Shown in pieces: positions 19,682 through 29,744 of a stretch of DNA of 64,000 nucleotides. The stretch is taken from assembly GCA_965208325.1 (NCBI GenBank), contig OZ242326.1, positions 1,856,001-1,920,000 of the forward strand, in the 5' to 3' direction. Position 1 is the stretch's first letter. The number at the start of each line of letters is the position of its first letter. A model generated the notes under the pieces. That model searched no databases, was not told the DNA's origin, and was given only the letters and a program-made list of their open reading frames with translations. The DNA is from Candidatus Poribacteria bacterium (GTDB lineage: Bacteria > Poribacteria > WGA-4E > PCPOR2b). The position numbers were made by a program, and so were the translations under genes.

Positions 19682-21222
19682 ACACCAACCCTTCCGATCC
19701 GAACCTTCAATCTGTGAAGTCTCGAAGCGTTATCCTGTTGCTTTCTACCTCAATCATCGCCATTTGCGCGCTTGTTTATGAGTTAGGCATCGGGAGCTTA
19801 TCGTCCTACCTGCGCGGCAACAGTGTCTACCAGTTTTCGATTACCATCGGGCTGTTCATGACGGCCTTAGGCATTGGATCCTACCTCTCCAAATACTTTA
19901 CCCAACGACTCATGACGGCGTTTATTTCGGTTGAGTTGGCAATCGGATTCATCGGCGGTTTTTCGTGTCCGCTTCTCTTTGCGGCGTACAGCTTTAAACT
20001 TTTCTACGCGCCGATGATGTGGGGTTTGATTATACTGATTGGCACTCTCACGGGGCTGGAACTTCCGCTATTGACACGAATTTTCCGCGAATACACGCCG
20101 CTGCGGATTGCACTAGCGAACGTCTTGACCTTTGACTACTTGGGCGGATTGATTGGCGCCCTAGCTTTCCCGTTGCTGCTGCTGCCGGTGGTCGGTATTT
20201 TTGATATTTCTATGGTAATGGGGTTGGCTAATCTTGCCGTTGTGTTCGTCAACCTAGTTTTGTTTCGACGTGAAATCCGACATCTGAAGTTAATCTGGTT
20301 TATAAGCGTATTGACGGCGATCGGGTTAGCGGCCGGGTTGATAGTCAGCAATCCAGTCGGCGGTTATCTTGAGCAGCGCATCTATGCGGATAAAATCATC
20401 CTATCGAAAGCGTCCAAATATCAGCGGATTGTGCTAACACGTTGGAGAGATGATATCCGCCTTTTCATCAACGGACGGCTGCAATTCAGCGCGATGGACG
20501 AACACCGCTATCATGAAGCCCTTGTTCATCCTGCGGCTTCGCTTATTTCGCCGCGGTCAGAGATACTTGTACTCGGCGGCGGCGACGGGCTTGCGGTACG
20601 AGAGATTTTGAAATACAGCGATGTGAATGCTGTAACGGTGGTTGACATTGATCCGATGATTACGAATCTGGCGCGCACGGACAGTATATTCCGCCAACTG
20701 AACCGGGATGCCCTCCACAATCCGAAGGTGCAGGTGATAAACCGGGATGCCAAGCAGTTTCTTCAGACGACGGATAAGCGGTACAACCTTATTGTCATCG
20801 ATTTGCCGGATCCGGATGATGAAGGGTTGGTATCGCTTTACTCAAGGGAGTTCTACGAACTTGTGAAACGCCGACTTACTCGAGACGGGTTGGCTGTCAC
20901 GCAGAGTTCTTCGCCTTTCTTCGCGCGGCAAGCGTTTTGGTGTATACATCAGACGATTGAATCGGCGGGGTTGCATGCGATTCCTTACCATGTCTATGTA
21001 CCAAGTTTTGGCGAGTGGGGATTCAATATGTTCGCTGCATGGCGTCCGAATCCGGACGAAATCAGCATAACGGTACCGACGCGATTTCTCTCGGAGGCAT
21101 CAATTGCCGCCGTGTTTACGTTTGACAAAGACATGCAGGAGATCGAGACGAAAATTAATACACTCTTGGCGCCGATTTTGATGCGCTATCACCGGTCAGG
21201 CTGGAAATCTTGGGGGCTGTGA
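19678..21222 (+). CDS. speE: polyamine aminopropyltransferase (membrane-fused spermidine synthase)
   Basis: N-terminal ~7 TM domain; LQFSAMDEHRYHEALVHP, VLGGGDGLAVREIL, IDLPDP, VPSFGEWGF. Confidence 0.9.
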   Translation: MNTNPSDPNLQSVKSRSVILLLSTSIIAICALVYELGIGSLSSYLRGNSVYQFSITIGLFMTALGIGSYLSKYFTQRLMTAFISVELAIGFIGGFSCPLLFAAYSFKLFYAPMMWGLIILIGTLTGLELPLLTRIFREYTPLRIALANVLTFDYLGGLIGALAFPLLLLPVVGIFDISMVMGLANLAVVFVNLVLFRREIRHLKLIWFISVLTAIGLAAGLIVSNPVGGYLEQRIYADKIILSKASKYQRIVLTRWRDDIRLFINGRLQFSAMDEHRYHEALVHPAASLISPRSEILVLGGGDGLAVREILKYSDVNAVTVVDIDPMITNLARTDSIFRQLNRDALHNPKVQVINRDAKQFLQTTDKRYNLIVIDLPDPDDEGLVSLYSREFYELVKRRLTRDGLAVTQSSSPFFARQAFWCIHQTIESAGLHAIPYHVYVPSFGEWGFNMFAAWRPNPDEISITVPTRFLSEASIAAVFTFDKDMQEIETKINTLLAPILMRYHRSGWKSWGL

Positions 21223-21334
21223 TAATGAGTGACAGCGGCGTTATGCGGGGTTGTGAATGGGGTAATCGCGGTATGGCTTCGCCCTAAACTTTAAGGTTTC
21301 GATTCCGTCATAATCAGTATTGGGTTGACCTGAG

Positions 21335-22180
21335 CGATAAGGGCAACCACAAGGGGTGCGCCTACAGAAAATGAATCCGATGTAAGGGATGGCGCTATAA
21401 CCGTTGGATCTTCTAGTGCACGGGATTTGCTATCGCCTTGGTTATTAGATCGGTTTGTCCTATTCAGTTGAGCGCGGCAAGATGCCGCGCCTACGGAGGA
21501 TGGTGGCATACGCGCGGAAAGATGCCGCGCCTACGGAGGATGGTGGCATACGCGCGGAAAGATGCCGCGCCTACGGGGGTGGCGGCACACACGCGGCAAG
21601 ATGCCGCGCCTACGGAGGATGGTGGCATACGCGCGGAAAGATGCCGCGCCTACGGGGGATGGCGGCACACGCGCCGCAAGATGCCGCGCCTACGGGGGAT
21701 GGTGGCATACGCGCGGAAAGATGCCGCGCCTACGGGGGGGCGGTGGCACACGCGCGGAAAGATGCCGCGCCTACGGGGGAGGCGGCACACGCGCGGAAAG
21801 ATGCCGCGCCTACGGAGGTGGCGGCACACGCGCGGCAAGATGCCGCGCCTACGGGGGTGGCGGCACACGCGCGGCAAGATGCCGCGCCTACGGGGGGCGG
21901 TGGCACACGCGCGGCAAGATGCCGCACCTACGGGGGGCGGTGGCATACGCGCGGAAAGATGCCGCGCCTACGGGGGTGGCGGCACACACGCGGCAAGATG
22001 CCGCGCCTACGGGGGATGGTGGCATACGCGCGGCAAGATGCCGCGCCTACGGGGGTGGCGGCACACGCGAGGCAAGATGCCGCGCCTACGGAGGGCGGTG
22101 GCACACGCGCGGCAAGATGCCGCGCCTACGGAGGAGGTGAGGTACGATACGCTATACACCTGTCGCCCCTCCGGGGCTTA
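21335..22180. repeat. composite REP element with an internal array of 17 REP copies (39-41 bp period)
   Basis: Same head and tail as the 15.7-17.0 kb units; GCGCGG(C/A)AAGATGCCGCGCCTAC counted 17 times between 21472 and 22129. Confidence 0.93.
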
Positions 22181-22331
22181 ATGATTTCGAGTTTCTATGA
22201 TATCTATATACACGGGAAAATAATTTTTGAAGTTATGATCGAAGATCCCCGCAGGGGTTTTGCTAAAGACTACCGGTGTTGAAAAATGTGAAATTTCAAA
22301 CAGGTTCGTAATAAATATTCAGGAGGTGAGA

Positions 22332-23720
22332 ATGACTCGATACAACATGTGTTTAGTTATTATTTGTGCAGTGTTAATTTGCCCGCTCGTTGGTGTCTTG
22401 GATACCACCGCGGAAATTCAGGATGAACAAGAAGCCGATCCGCCGGAGCCGCTTACACTTGAACAGTGTATTCAGCTTGCTGTTGAAGAGTCGTCTGACA
22501 TGAGAAACGCGGCGATAGATTCGGCACTTCAGGAACTCCGCATAAAGAACGCGCGAGCGCTCTATTACCCAGAACTTTTCCTAAATGGACGTTATCTAGT
22601 TTCGGACCGCTCAAATCAGATATTTGACCAGCGCCTGCTTGGCGGCGATCAGGAGGGTTCCGTGTCTATTGGGCACAACTATGATGCCGGCGTCACGGCG
22701 CGGTATACGTTATGGGATCATGGTCAGAGAAGGGCAAATTTCGCGCGGGCGAAGGAGAGCCTGAACGTGACCGAGCGGCGGAACCGCCGGATAAAGCAGA
22801 ATCTGATTTTTGATGTGACACAGGCATACTATAATGTGCTAAAAACACAAGCGTTGGTCAAGGTTGATAAAGAGGTTTTGGCGCGTTCGAGGGAGAACCG
22901 CGAGCGTGTTGAGGACTTTGTCAAGGCGGGCGTTCAGATTGAAGCGGATATTGCGACGGCACAAGTCAGGGAGGCGAACGACGAATTAAACTTACTGAAC
23001 GACGAAAACGAACTCGAGATTGCGATGGCAAATCTACCGCGGATTATGGGGTTGGATCCGGGCACACTCATCACGGTGGCGGAGGACACAACGTATCAGT
23101 TGTACCGCGAAAACGGGAAGGTCGAATTGATTGAAATTTCGCTTCAGGAAGCTATTGAGCGAGCCAATGAGAATCGCCCCGAATTTGGGGAGGCAAAATC
23201 CAGAATTAAACAGCTTGAATCAGATTTGGTATTGGCAAAGTTGGGCCGATGGCCGCGGCTAAACGCAGAGTCGAGTTATGAACTCTCCATTGATGATTCG
23301 GTTGATGAATCCAGGAATTTCAATGATTTTCAGAATTGGAACATTACCGCGACGCTGAATTTTCCCATATTTGACGGCGGGGTCACAAAACGCCGCACGC
23401 AAGAAGCTACACTGACACTTGAGCAGGAACGTGAGACTGCCGGAGACCTTGAACGGTCTATCGCATTAGAGGTTCGCCAAGCCTACCTCAGCCTGAAGCG
23501 GGCGGAACGGGCGTTGGAAATTACCGACACGCAGGTGCGAAACGCTGAGTTAAGCCTCGAAGTGACGCGAGGACGGTATGAACAGGAACTTGCCATCTTG
23601 TTGGAACTGCTCGACGCACAGACTGAATTTGCGGGCGCCTTGACGAATCAGGTTCGCGCCTTTTACGACTATAAAATTGCGCAAGCGGCGCTGCAGCGCG
23701 CTATGGGCATTCTCGGATGA
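22332..23720 (+). CDS. TolC-family outer membrane efflux protein
   Basis: Signal peptide, LTLEQCIQLA, VTQAYYNVL, NFPIFDGG, LELLDAQ; ATG at 22332 after AGGAGG. Confidence 0.9.
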   Translation: MTRYNMCLVIICAVLICPLVGVLDTTAEIQDEQEADPPEPLTLEQCIQLAVEESSDMRNAAIDSALQELRIKNARALYYPELFLNGRYLVSDRSNQIFDQRLLGGDQEGSVSIGHNYDAGVTARYTLWDHGQRRANFARAKESLNVTERRNRRIKQNLIFDVTQAYYNVLKTQALVKVDKEVLARSRENRERVEDFVKAGVQIEADIATAQVREANDELNLLNDENELEIAMANLPRIMGLDPGTLITVAEDTTYQLYRENGKVELIEISLQEAIERANENRPEFGEAKSRIKQLESDLVLAKLGRWPRLNAESSYELSIDDSVDESRNFNDFQNWNITATLNFPIFDGGVTKRRTQEATLTLEQERETAGDLERSIALEVRQAYLSLKRAERALEITDTQVRNAELSLEVTRGRYEQELAILLELLDAQTEFAGALTNQVRAFYDYKIAQAALQRAMGILG

Positions 23721-23802
23721 AAATGTCAGGAACGGGGTTCAATAAACCACAGCTCGACGTTCAAAACTTACGAACGCAAATTACAATCCAAGGGGTAGCC
23801 AA

Positions 23803-24483
23803 TTGTTAATTGATGTCCGCAATTTAAAGAAGATATACGCAATCGGAAAAGTTGAAGTTCACGCCCTGCGCGGCGTTTCGTTTACTGTTGAATCCGGCGA
23901 GTTTATCGCTATCATGGGGCCGTCTGGTTCCGGGAAATCCACACTGATGGATATTCTCGGCTGCCTCGCAAAGCCGACGGAAGGCGAGTATTATCTTGAG
24001 GCGCAAGAGGTCGGCAAGCTATCGGATAATCATCTTGCGGAGATTCGCAACCGAAAAGTCGGTTTTGTGTTTCAATCGTTCAATCTACTGCCGCGGACGA
24101 CAGCGTTACACAATGTCGAGTTGCCGCTTATCTACAGCGGTGTGGGGCGTAGAGAGCGGAAGCGGAGAGCTTTTGAAGCGTTGGAAGCTGTTGGATTGGC
24201 GGACCGCGTCAACCACAAATCCAATGAACTGTCCGGCGGGCAGATTCAGCGCGTTGCAATTGCGCGCGCACTGGTCAATAATCCGTCAATTACCTTTGCC
24301 GATGAGCCGACGGGGAATTTGGACACGAAGTCAAGTGCAGAGCTTATGTCAATCTTCGAGGAGTTGAACCAAGGCGGCAACACGATTATCATGGTGACGC
24401 ACGAGGCGGAACTTGCTGCCCATGCGCGGCGAATTCTCCACATTCGCGACGGTATGATTGAACGAGACGCGCGGCGAGGGTGA
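23803..24483 (+). CDS. ABC transporter ATP-binding protein (MacB/LolD-like)
   Basis: [45 protein letters not shown]. Confidence 0.92.
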   Translation: MLIDVRNLKKIYAIGKVEVHALRGVSFTVESGEFIAIMGPSGSGKSTLMDILGCLAKPTEGEYYLEAQEVGKLSDNHLAEIRNRKVGFVFQSFNLLPRTTALHNVELPLIYSGVGRRERKRRAFEALEAVGLADRVNHKSNELSGGQIQRVAIARALVNNPSITFADEPTGNLDTKSSAELMSIFEELNQGGNTIIMVTHEAELAAHARRILHIRDGMIERDARRG

Positions 24484-24754
24484 ATGAAGGAGGGTAAAGA
24501 ACCCCGCGGAGAAGCAAGGGTGGAAGGATGGAAGAGTAAAAACACTGCGGTTGCGTTGGTTGGCGGCCGCGAGGGGATTAATGCTAAAGACTTTAGGAAT
24601 ACCATCGCCCTCCCTATTCGGTCGGTTGATTAATTTACGCGAGAAACAACCTACAAAAACTATCGCCTTCCCTATTCGGTCAGTTGATCCTCCTTGGCAA
24701 GGAGGGGGACAAATGCTAACTTGTCCTTGGGAAGGAAGAGGGGAAGAAAACACC

Positions 24755-24922
24755 GTCTGAACTGTGTTTTGGGGGATTGAATGATGGGGTGGGATTGTCC
24801 GAACTGTGATGCGTGGGATTAAATGATGGGCTATGATTGTCTGAACTGTGATTTATTTGATTAAATGGTGGGGTGTGATTGTCTGAACTGTGATTCGTGT
24901 GATTAAATGATAGACTATGATT
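24755..24922 (+). repeat. four 42-bp tandem repeats (GTCTGAACTGTGATT...ATGATT)
   Basis: Units start at 24755, 24797, 24839 and 24881; the last contains the GxxExxY start codon. Confidence 0.9.
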
Positions 24923-25336
24923 AAAGAAGAGCACAAGTTTTCGGAATTGACTGGGAAGGTGATTGGATTCGCGATGAAAGTTCATTCAGCGTTGGGAAAC
25001 GGATTTCAGGAAGTTATCTATCAGCGGGCATTAGAAATTGAAATGGCAAACGCAGGCGTAATTTTCAGCCGCGAGCACGAGATGCCAATCTACTATAATG
25101 GGGAGCAAATTGGCGCTCGAAGGGTTGATTTCTTAGTAGAATCCGTTGTCTGTGTGGAATTGAAGGCAATCATGCAACTGGAAGATATCCATTTGGCGCA
25201 GGCGATAAATTATTTGGAGGCATACGATTTGGAGGTTGGGTTACTTATTAACTTTGGTGCAAGAAGTCTTCAGTTTAAAAGGGTAACCAATGAGAATTTT
25301 AAGCAGAGAAATCTAGGTAATCCTAAAATTGCATGA
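24917..25336 (+). CDS. GxxExxY protein (PD-(D/E)XK nuclease superfamily)
   Basis: LGNGFQEVIYQRAL, RVDFLVE..VELKA, AQAINYL..GLLINFG. Confidence 0.92.
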   Translation: MIKEEHKFSELTGKVIGFAMKVHSALGNGFQEVIYQRALEIEMANAGVIFSREHEMPIYYNGEQIGARRVDFLVESVVCVELKAIMQLEDIHLAQAINYLEAYDLEVGLLINFGARSLQFKRVTNENFKQRNLGNPKIA

Positions 25337-25358
25337 ATCACGGTTAAGACATATTTGC

Positions 25359-25670
25359 TGTCTGAACTGTGATTCGTGTGATTAAATGATGGGCCATGAT
25401 TGTCTGAACTGTGATTTATGTGATTAAATGATGGGCTGGGATTGTCTGAACTGTGATTTATGTGATTAAATGATGGGCTATGATTAAAGAATAGCATGAG
25501 TATTCGGAGTTGACTGGGAAGGTGATTGGATGTACCATAACAGTTCGTTCGGGCGTGAACAGGAGAGGCCTATATGCTTTAGAGAGCAACAATACGGCGC
25601 GCAAAGAAACGATAATTTCAAGCAAAGAAATAGAAGGAAGTTTAATATTCTATAAATCACGGTTAAGACA
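25359..25670 (+). pseudogene. internally deleted GxxExxY element: three 42-bp repeats, gene remnant and inverted end
   Basis: Repeat units at 25360, 25402, 25444. 25480 reads MIKE*HEYSELTGKVIG. The 3' part resembles the gene's end and finishes in AATCACGGTTAAGACA. Confidence 0.8.
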
Positions 25671-25673
25671 ACG

Positions 25674-28262
25674 ATGGCACTGAAGAAATCACAAATTTAC
25701 GCGTCGCTTTGGCAGAGTTGCGACGAGTTGCGCGGCGGCATGGATTCCTCCCAATACAAGGATTATATCCTGACGCTGCTGTTTATGAAGTATGTCTCGG
25801 ACAAGTACGCCGACGATAGTTACGCTCTGGTTGATATTCCTGACGGAGGCGGCTTCGAGGACATGGCGAAGCTAGGCGGCGACAAGGAGATTGGCGACAA
25901 AATCAACAAGATTATCGGAAGGTTTGCGGAGGCAAACGAACTCAAAGGGGTCGTCGATCAGGCGGATTTCAACGACGCGAGCAAACTTGGCGCCGGCAAA
26001 GAGATGCAGGACCGGTTATCCAAGCTGGTCGCTATATTCGATGCGCTCGACTTTCGTGCCAACCGTGCCGAGGGAGACGATTTGCTCGGAGACGCATATG
26101 AGTACCTCATGCGCCACTTCGCCACCGAGTCTGGCAAAAGCAAGGGACAGTTCTACACTCCCGCCGAGGTATCCCGCATCATGGCGAAGGTAATCGGAAT
26201 TGGGCCGGACACCCGGCAGAACCACACCATCTACGATCCGGCTTGCGGCTCAGGTTCGTTGCTGCTGAAAGCCGCAGACGAGGCGCCAAACGAAATTAGC
26301 ATTTATGGTCAGGAAAAGGACATCGCTACCTACGCGCTTGTGCGAATGAACATGTTTCTGCACGGCAATCCGACTGCGGTCATCTGGCAAGGAAACACGC
26401 TGTCTACCCCGCACTTCAAAAATCAAAACAGCGGCTTAAAGACCTTCGATTTCGCCGTCGCTAATCCGCCCTTCTCCGACAAAGCCTGGAACACCGGCTT
26501 CAATCCAGCGCACGACGAGTTTCGTCGCTTCGAGTATGGGGTTCCGCCCGCCAGAAACGGCGATTACGCCTTTCTGCTGCACTTCATTACCTCGCTCAAC
26601 AGCAGAGGCAAAGGCGCAATTATTCTGCCTCATGGCGTACTGTTTCGCGGCAACAAGGAGGCGGATATCCGAAGGAAGCTTATTCAACAAGGATTCATTA
26701 AAGGAATCATCGGTTTGCCCGCCAATCTTTTCTACGGCACCGGCATCCCCGCCTGCATTCTGGTCATCGACAAGGAGAACGCCCACGCACGTACCGGCAT
26801 TTTCATGATTGACGCCAGCAAGGGTTTCATTAAGGACGGCAACAAGAACCGACTCCGCGCCCAGGATATCCACAAGGTTGTGGATGTCTTCAATACGCAG
26901 ACTGAGCTTGAGGGCTACTCCCGGATGGTGCCGGTATCCGAGATTTCGGCCCCTACCAGCGATTACAACCTCAATATCCCGCGTTACATTGACGCCAGCG
27001 AGCCGGAAGATTTGCACGACCTTGACGCCCATCTGAACGGCGGCATCCCAGACACGGACATAGATGCGCTTAATACTTATTGGTCGGTATTTCCTTCGCT
27101 TCGTCCAGAACTGTTTAAGGCTAACGGGAGGCAAGGCTACAGCGACCCTAAAGTGGCGACGCAGCAGGTAAAAGCCACTATCCTCAATCATAGTGAGTTT
27201 GCCGCGTTCAAACTACGTGCGAGAATCATCTTCAACACTTGGTGGGATGCCCACGAACCGATTCTGCTAGGTGTCAATGCCGACACTATTCCCAAGAGAG
27301 TCGTCGACCGGTTATCGCAAGATCTCCTCGCCCAATTCAACAAACTTCCACTCCTTGATCGGTATGATGTGTACCAGGGACTAATGGACTATTGGGAAGA
27401 CGTCATGCAGGACGATGTATATCTGGTCGTAGCAGACGGCTGGTTGGCAGGACGAACCCTAAGGCAAACCTACGACAAGGAATTGCCGGATTTCACGAGA
27501 AAGAAAGGACAAAAAACTGTTAAGTACGTTGGTGAACTAATTCCAGCGTCTTTAGTGATTAGCAGATTTTTTTATGATGAAAAGAAGAAACTAGAGCGAC
27601 TTGAGGCCGAAATTGAAGTGTTGACGCAACGAAAGGAAGAATTTGAAGAAGAACACGGAGATGGCGAAGGGGCACTGGTTGGTCTTGAAGGTAGCAATGG
27701 GAATATAACTAAAGGCAATGTCACCAAACGAATGAAGGAACATCACGAAAACCTTTTGAAGGTATACCCAGATAAAACATCTAAACACACGCAAATTAAA
27801 TCGGTAAAGATCAAAGATCTGAGTAATAGAGAATGGATTGAGAAAATCAGAAACAAAGAAATTTTATCTAAGGAATCAAATAATTCTTATACTCATGATG
27901 CTGAAGGAATACTTGAGGAATTAGACGTGCTTTACGACTATCTCGAACTCCTAACAGTAGAAGCGAGACAAAAGAAGCTACACAAGTGTACACTTAATAA
28001 CCTACATACCGCGGTTATAGCAAAGTATGATAATCTGACCGAGGCAGAAATCAAAATACTTGTAGTTAAGGACAAATGGTTTACAGGAATCCAGGGAGTG
28101 ATCGAAGGCGAGGTTGAACGACTGACACAGCAACTTACCGGTCGTGTGAATGAGTTAGAGGAGCGGTATGCGCAGGCATTGCCAGAATTGGATTGCAAGG
28201 TACAAGCGTTCGCCATGAAAGTTGCAGCGCATTTACGAATGATGGGGATTGATTGGGCATGA
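25674..28262 (+). CDS. hsdM: type I restriction-modification methyltransferase subunit M
   Basis: LWQSCDELRG, GQFYTP, YDPACGSGSLL, ANPPF (m6A), LPHGVLFRG, YNLNIPRYI. Confidence 0.95.
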   Translation: MALKKSQIYASLWQSCDELRGGMDSSQYKDYILTLLFMKYVSDKYADDSYALVDIPDGGGFEDMAKLGGDKEIGDKINKIIGRFAEANELKGVVDQADFNDASKLGAGKEMQDRLSKLVAIFDALDFRANRAEGDDLLGDAYEYLMRHFATESGKSKGQFYTPAEVSRIMAKVIGIGPDTRQNHTIYDPACGSGSLLLKAADEAPNEISIYGQEKDIATYALVRMNMFLHGNPTAVIWQGNTLSTPHFKNQNSGLKTFDFAVANPPFSDKAWNTGFNPAHDEFRRFEYGVPPARNGDYAFLLHFITSLNSRGKGAIILPHGVLFRGNKEADIRRKLIQQGFIKGIIGLPANLFYGTGIPACILVIDKENAHARTGIFMIDASKGFIKDGNKNRLRAQDIHKVVDVFNTQTELEGYSRMVPVSEISAPTSDYNLNIPRYIDASEPEDLHDLDAHLNGGIPDTDIDALNTYWSVFPSLRPELFKANGRQGYSDPKVATQQVKATILNHSEFAAFKLRARIIFNTWWDAHEPILLGVNADTIPKRVVDRLSQDLLAQFNKLPLLDRYDVYQGLMDYWEDVMQDDVYLVVADGWLAGRTLRQTYDKELPDFTRKKGQKTVKYVGELIPASLVISRFFYDEKKKLERLEAEIEVLTQRKEEFEEEHGDGEGALVGLEGSNGNITKGNVTKRMKEHHENLLKVYPDKTSKHTQIKSVKIKDLSNREWIEKIRNKEILSKESNNSYTHDAEGILEELDVLYDYLELLTVEARQKKLHKCTLNNLHTAVIAKYDNLTEAEIKILVVKDKWFTGIQGVIEGEVERLTQQLTGRVNELEERYAQALPELDCKVQAFAMKVAAHLRMMGIDWA

Positions 28263-29524
28263 ACACGGCAAAGACACTATCGCCAATACCACATCTACAA
28301 AGGTTTAGCGGTGATTGGCAAATGAAGCGACTTCAGGAAATTTCAGATATTAATCCCCAGAACGTTTTAAGTAACACAAATCCAGACTACAAATTCAACT
28401 ACATTTCGCTTGAGCATGTAGATAAGGGAAGTTTGCTGGGTTATTCCGAAGAAGTCTTTCGCACAGCTCCCTCAAGGGCACAGCGCATCCTTCAACATGG
28501 TGACGTACTCATGTCAACAGTCAGGCCAAACCTTATGGCACATCTCTTTTTTCACGACCAAGTACCGAATGCCGTTTGTTCCACAGGCTTCGCCGTCCTT
28601 CGTGCAAAATGCAACCTATCCGCCCCTTATTTTCTATTTGTCCAATTATTTAGCCAAAGCGTGAATGATCAGATTACAAAAATCATTGCCGGATCGAATT
28701 ACCCAGCTATCAATAGCCGTGACATCATATTTATTGAGATTCCTTGCCCCCCTCAAATATGCGAACAGCACGCGATTGCCAAGGTACTGTCGGATGTGAA
28801 CGGTTTGATTGGGGCGTTGGATGCACTCATTGCGAAAAAGCGGGCAATCAAACAAGCAACCATGCAGCAACTCCTCACCGGTAAGGCACGCCTGCCGGGG
28901 TTTAGTGGGGAGTGGGAGGCAAGACAGTTGAGAGAGCTTGGTACCTTCAAAAAAGGCCGCGGGATAAAGCGAGATGAAATATCTTACGAAGGGCTGCCAT
29001 GTATCCGCTATGGAGAACTATACACACGATACCAAGACTATATCTTGAAGTTAGCATCTCGTATACCACCTACTGTTGCTGCAACTGCGTTGCCTATCAG
29101 GACTGGAGATCTCCTATTTGCGGGGTCAGGTGAAACCGCAGAAGAAATTGGGCGCTGCGCGGCGTATGTCGGCAAAGAAAAAGCGTACGCCGGTGGAGAC
29201 ATCATCGTATTGACAGCATCAGGACAGAATTCGATTTATCTTGGTCATCTAATGAACCATCCAATTGTGTCTGTGCAGAAAACTCGTATGGGTCAGGGCG
29301 ACGCTGTCGTTCATATCAGTACCAATAATTTGGCTCAAATTCAGATAAAACTCCCGCCTATTGCAGAACAAAACACCATCGCCACTGTACTCTCCGACAT
29401 GGACGCCGAAATTGTCGCGTTGGAGGAGCGTCGGGACAAGACCCGTGCCATCAAGCGGGGAATGATGCAGCAGCTTCTTACGGGGCGGGTACGGTTGGTG
29501 AAATCTGGTGCGGGTACGGTCTGA
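28259..29524 (+). CDS. hsdS: type I restriction-modification specificity subunit S
   Basis: Two TRDs with conserved repeats EQHAIAKVLSD..MQQLLTGKARL and EQNTIATVLSDMD..MQQLLTGRVRL; ATGA overlap with hsdM. Confidence 0.93.
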   Translation: MNTAKTLSPIPHLQRFSGDWQMKRLQEISDINPQNVLSNTNPDYKFNYISLEHVDKGSLLGYSEEVFRTAPSRAQRILQHGDVLMSTVRPNLMAHLFFHDQVPNAVCSTGFAVLRAKCNLSAPYFLFVQLFSQSVNDQITKIIAGSNYPAINSRDIIFIEIPCPPQICEQHAIAKVLSDVNGLIGALDALIAKKRAIKQATMQQLLTGKARLPGFSGEWEARQLRELGTFKKGRGIKRDEISYEGLPCIRYGELYTRYQDYILKLASRIPPTVAATALPIRTGDLLFAGSGETAEEIGRCAAYVGKEKAYAGGDIIVLTASGQNSIYLGHLMNHPIVSVQKTRMGQGDAVVHISTNNLAQIQIKLPPIAEQNTIATVLSDMDAEIVALEERRDKTRAIKRGMMQQLLTGRVRLVKSGAGTV

Positions 29525-29694
29525 GCTGTGATTCGTGTGATTAAATGATGGGCTATGATTAAAGAAGGGAATAAGTTTTCTGAGGTGACTGGGAAGGTGA
29601 TTGGCTGTGCCGAGACGGTGTATTCGGCAAACCGCCATTCACACAATCTTCAATCGATAAAATCGTGACAAATCCTTAAATCACGGTTCAGACA
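29519..29694 (+). pseudogene. second internally deleted GxxExxY element
   Basis: One 42-bp unit; 29555 reads MIKEGNKFSEVTGKVIGCA; ends in AATCACGGTTCAGACA. Confidence 0.8.
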
Positions 29695-29744
29695 ATGTTA
29701 GATTTCGCCACTAAACTAGCTCCGCCATTTCGAATTAAAAGGAC

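Noticed and set aside
21472..22130. CRISPR-like array (23-bp palindromic repeat x17)
   Set aside because: Spacers are only 16-18 nt and are variants of one sequence, the repeat is dispersed through the window as a REP, and there are no cas genes
24755..25485. 42-bp units as a guide-RNA array for the GxxExxY nuclease
   Set aside because: The variable positions are few, short and recur between units, so they do not look like acquired spacers. Not excluded without RNA data, but unsupported.
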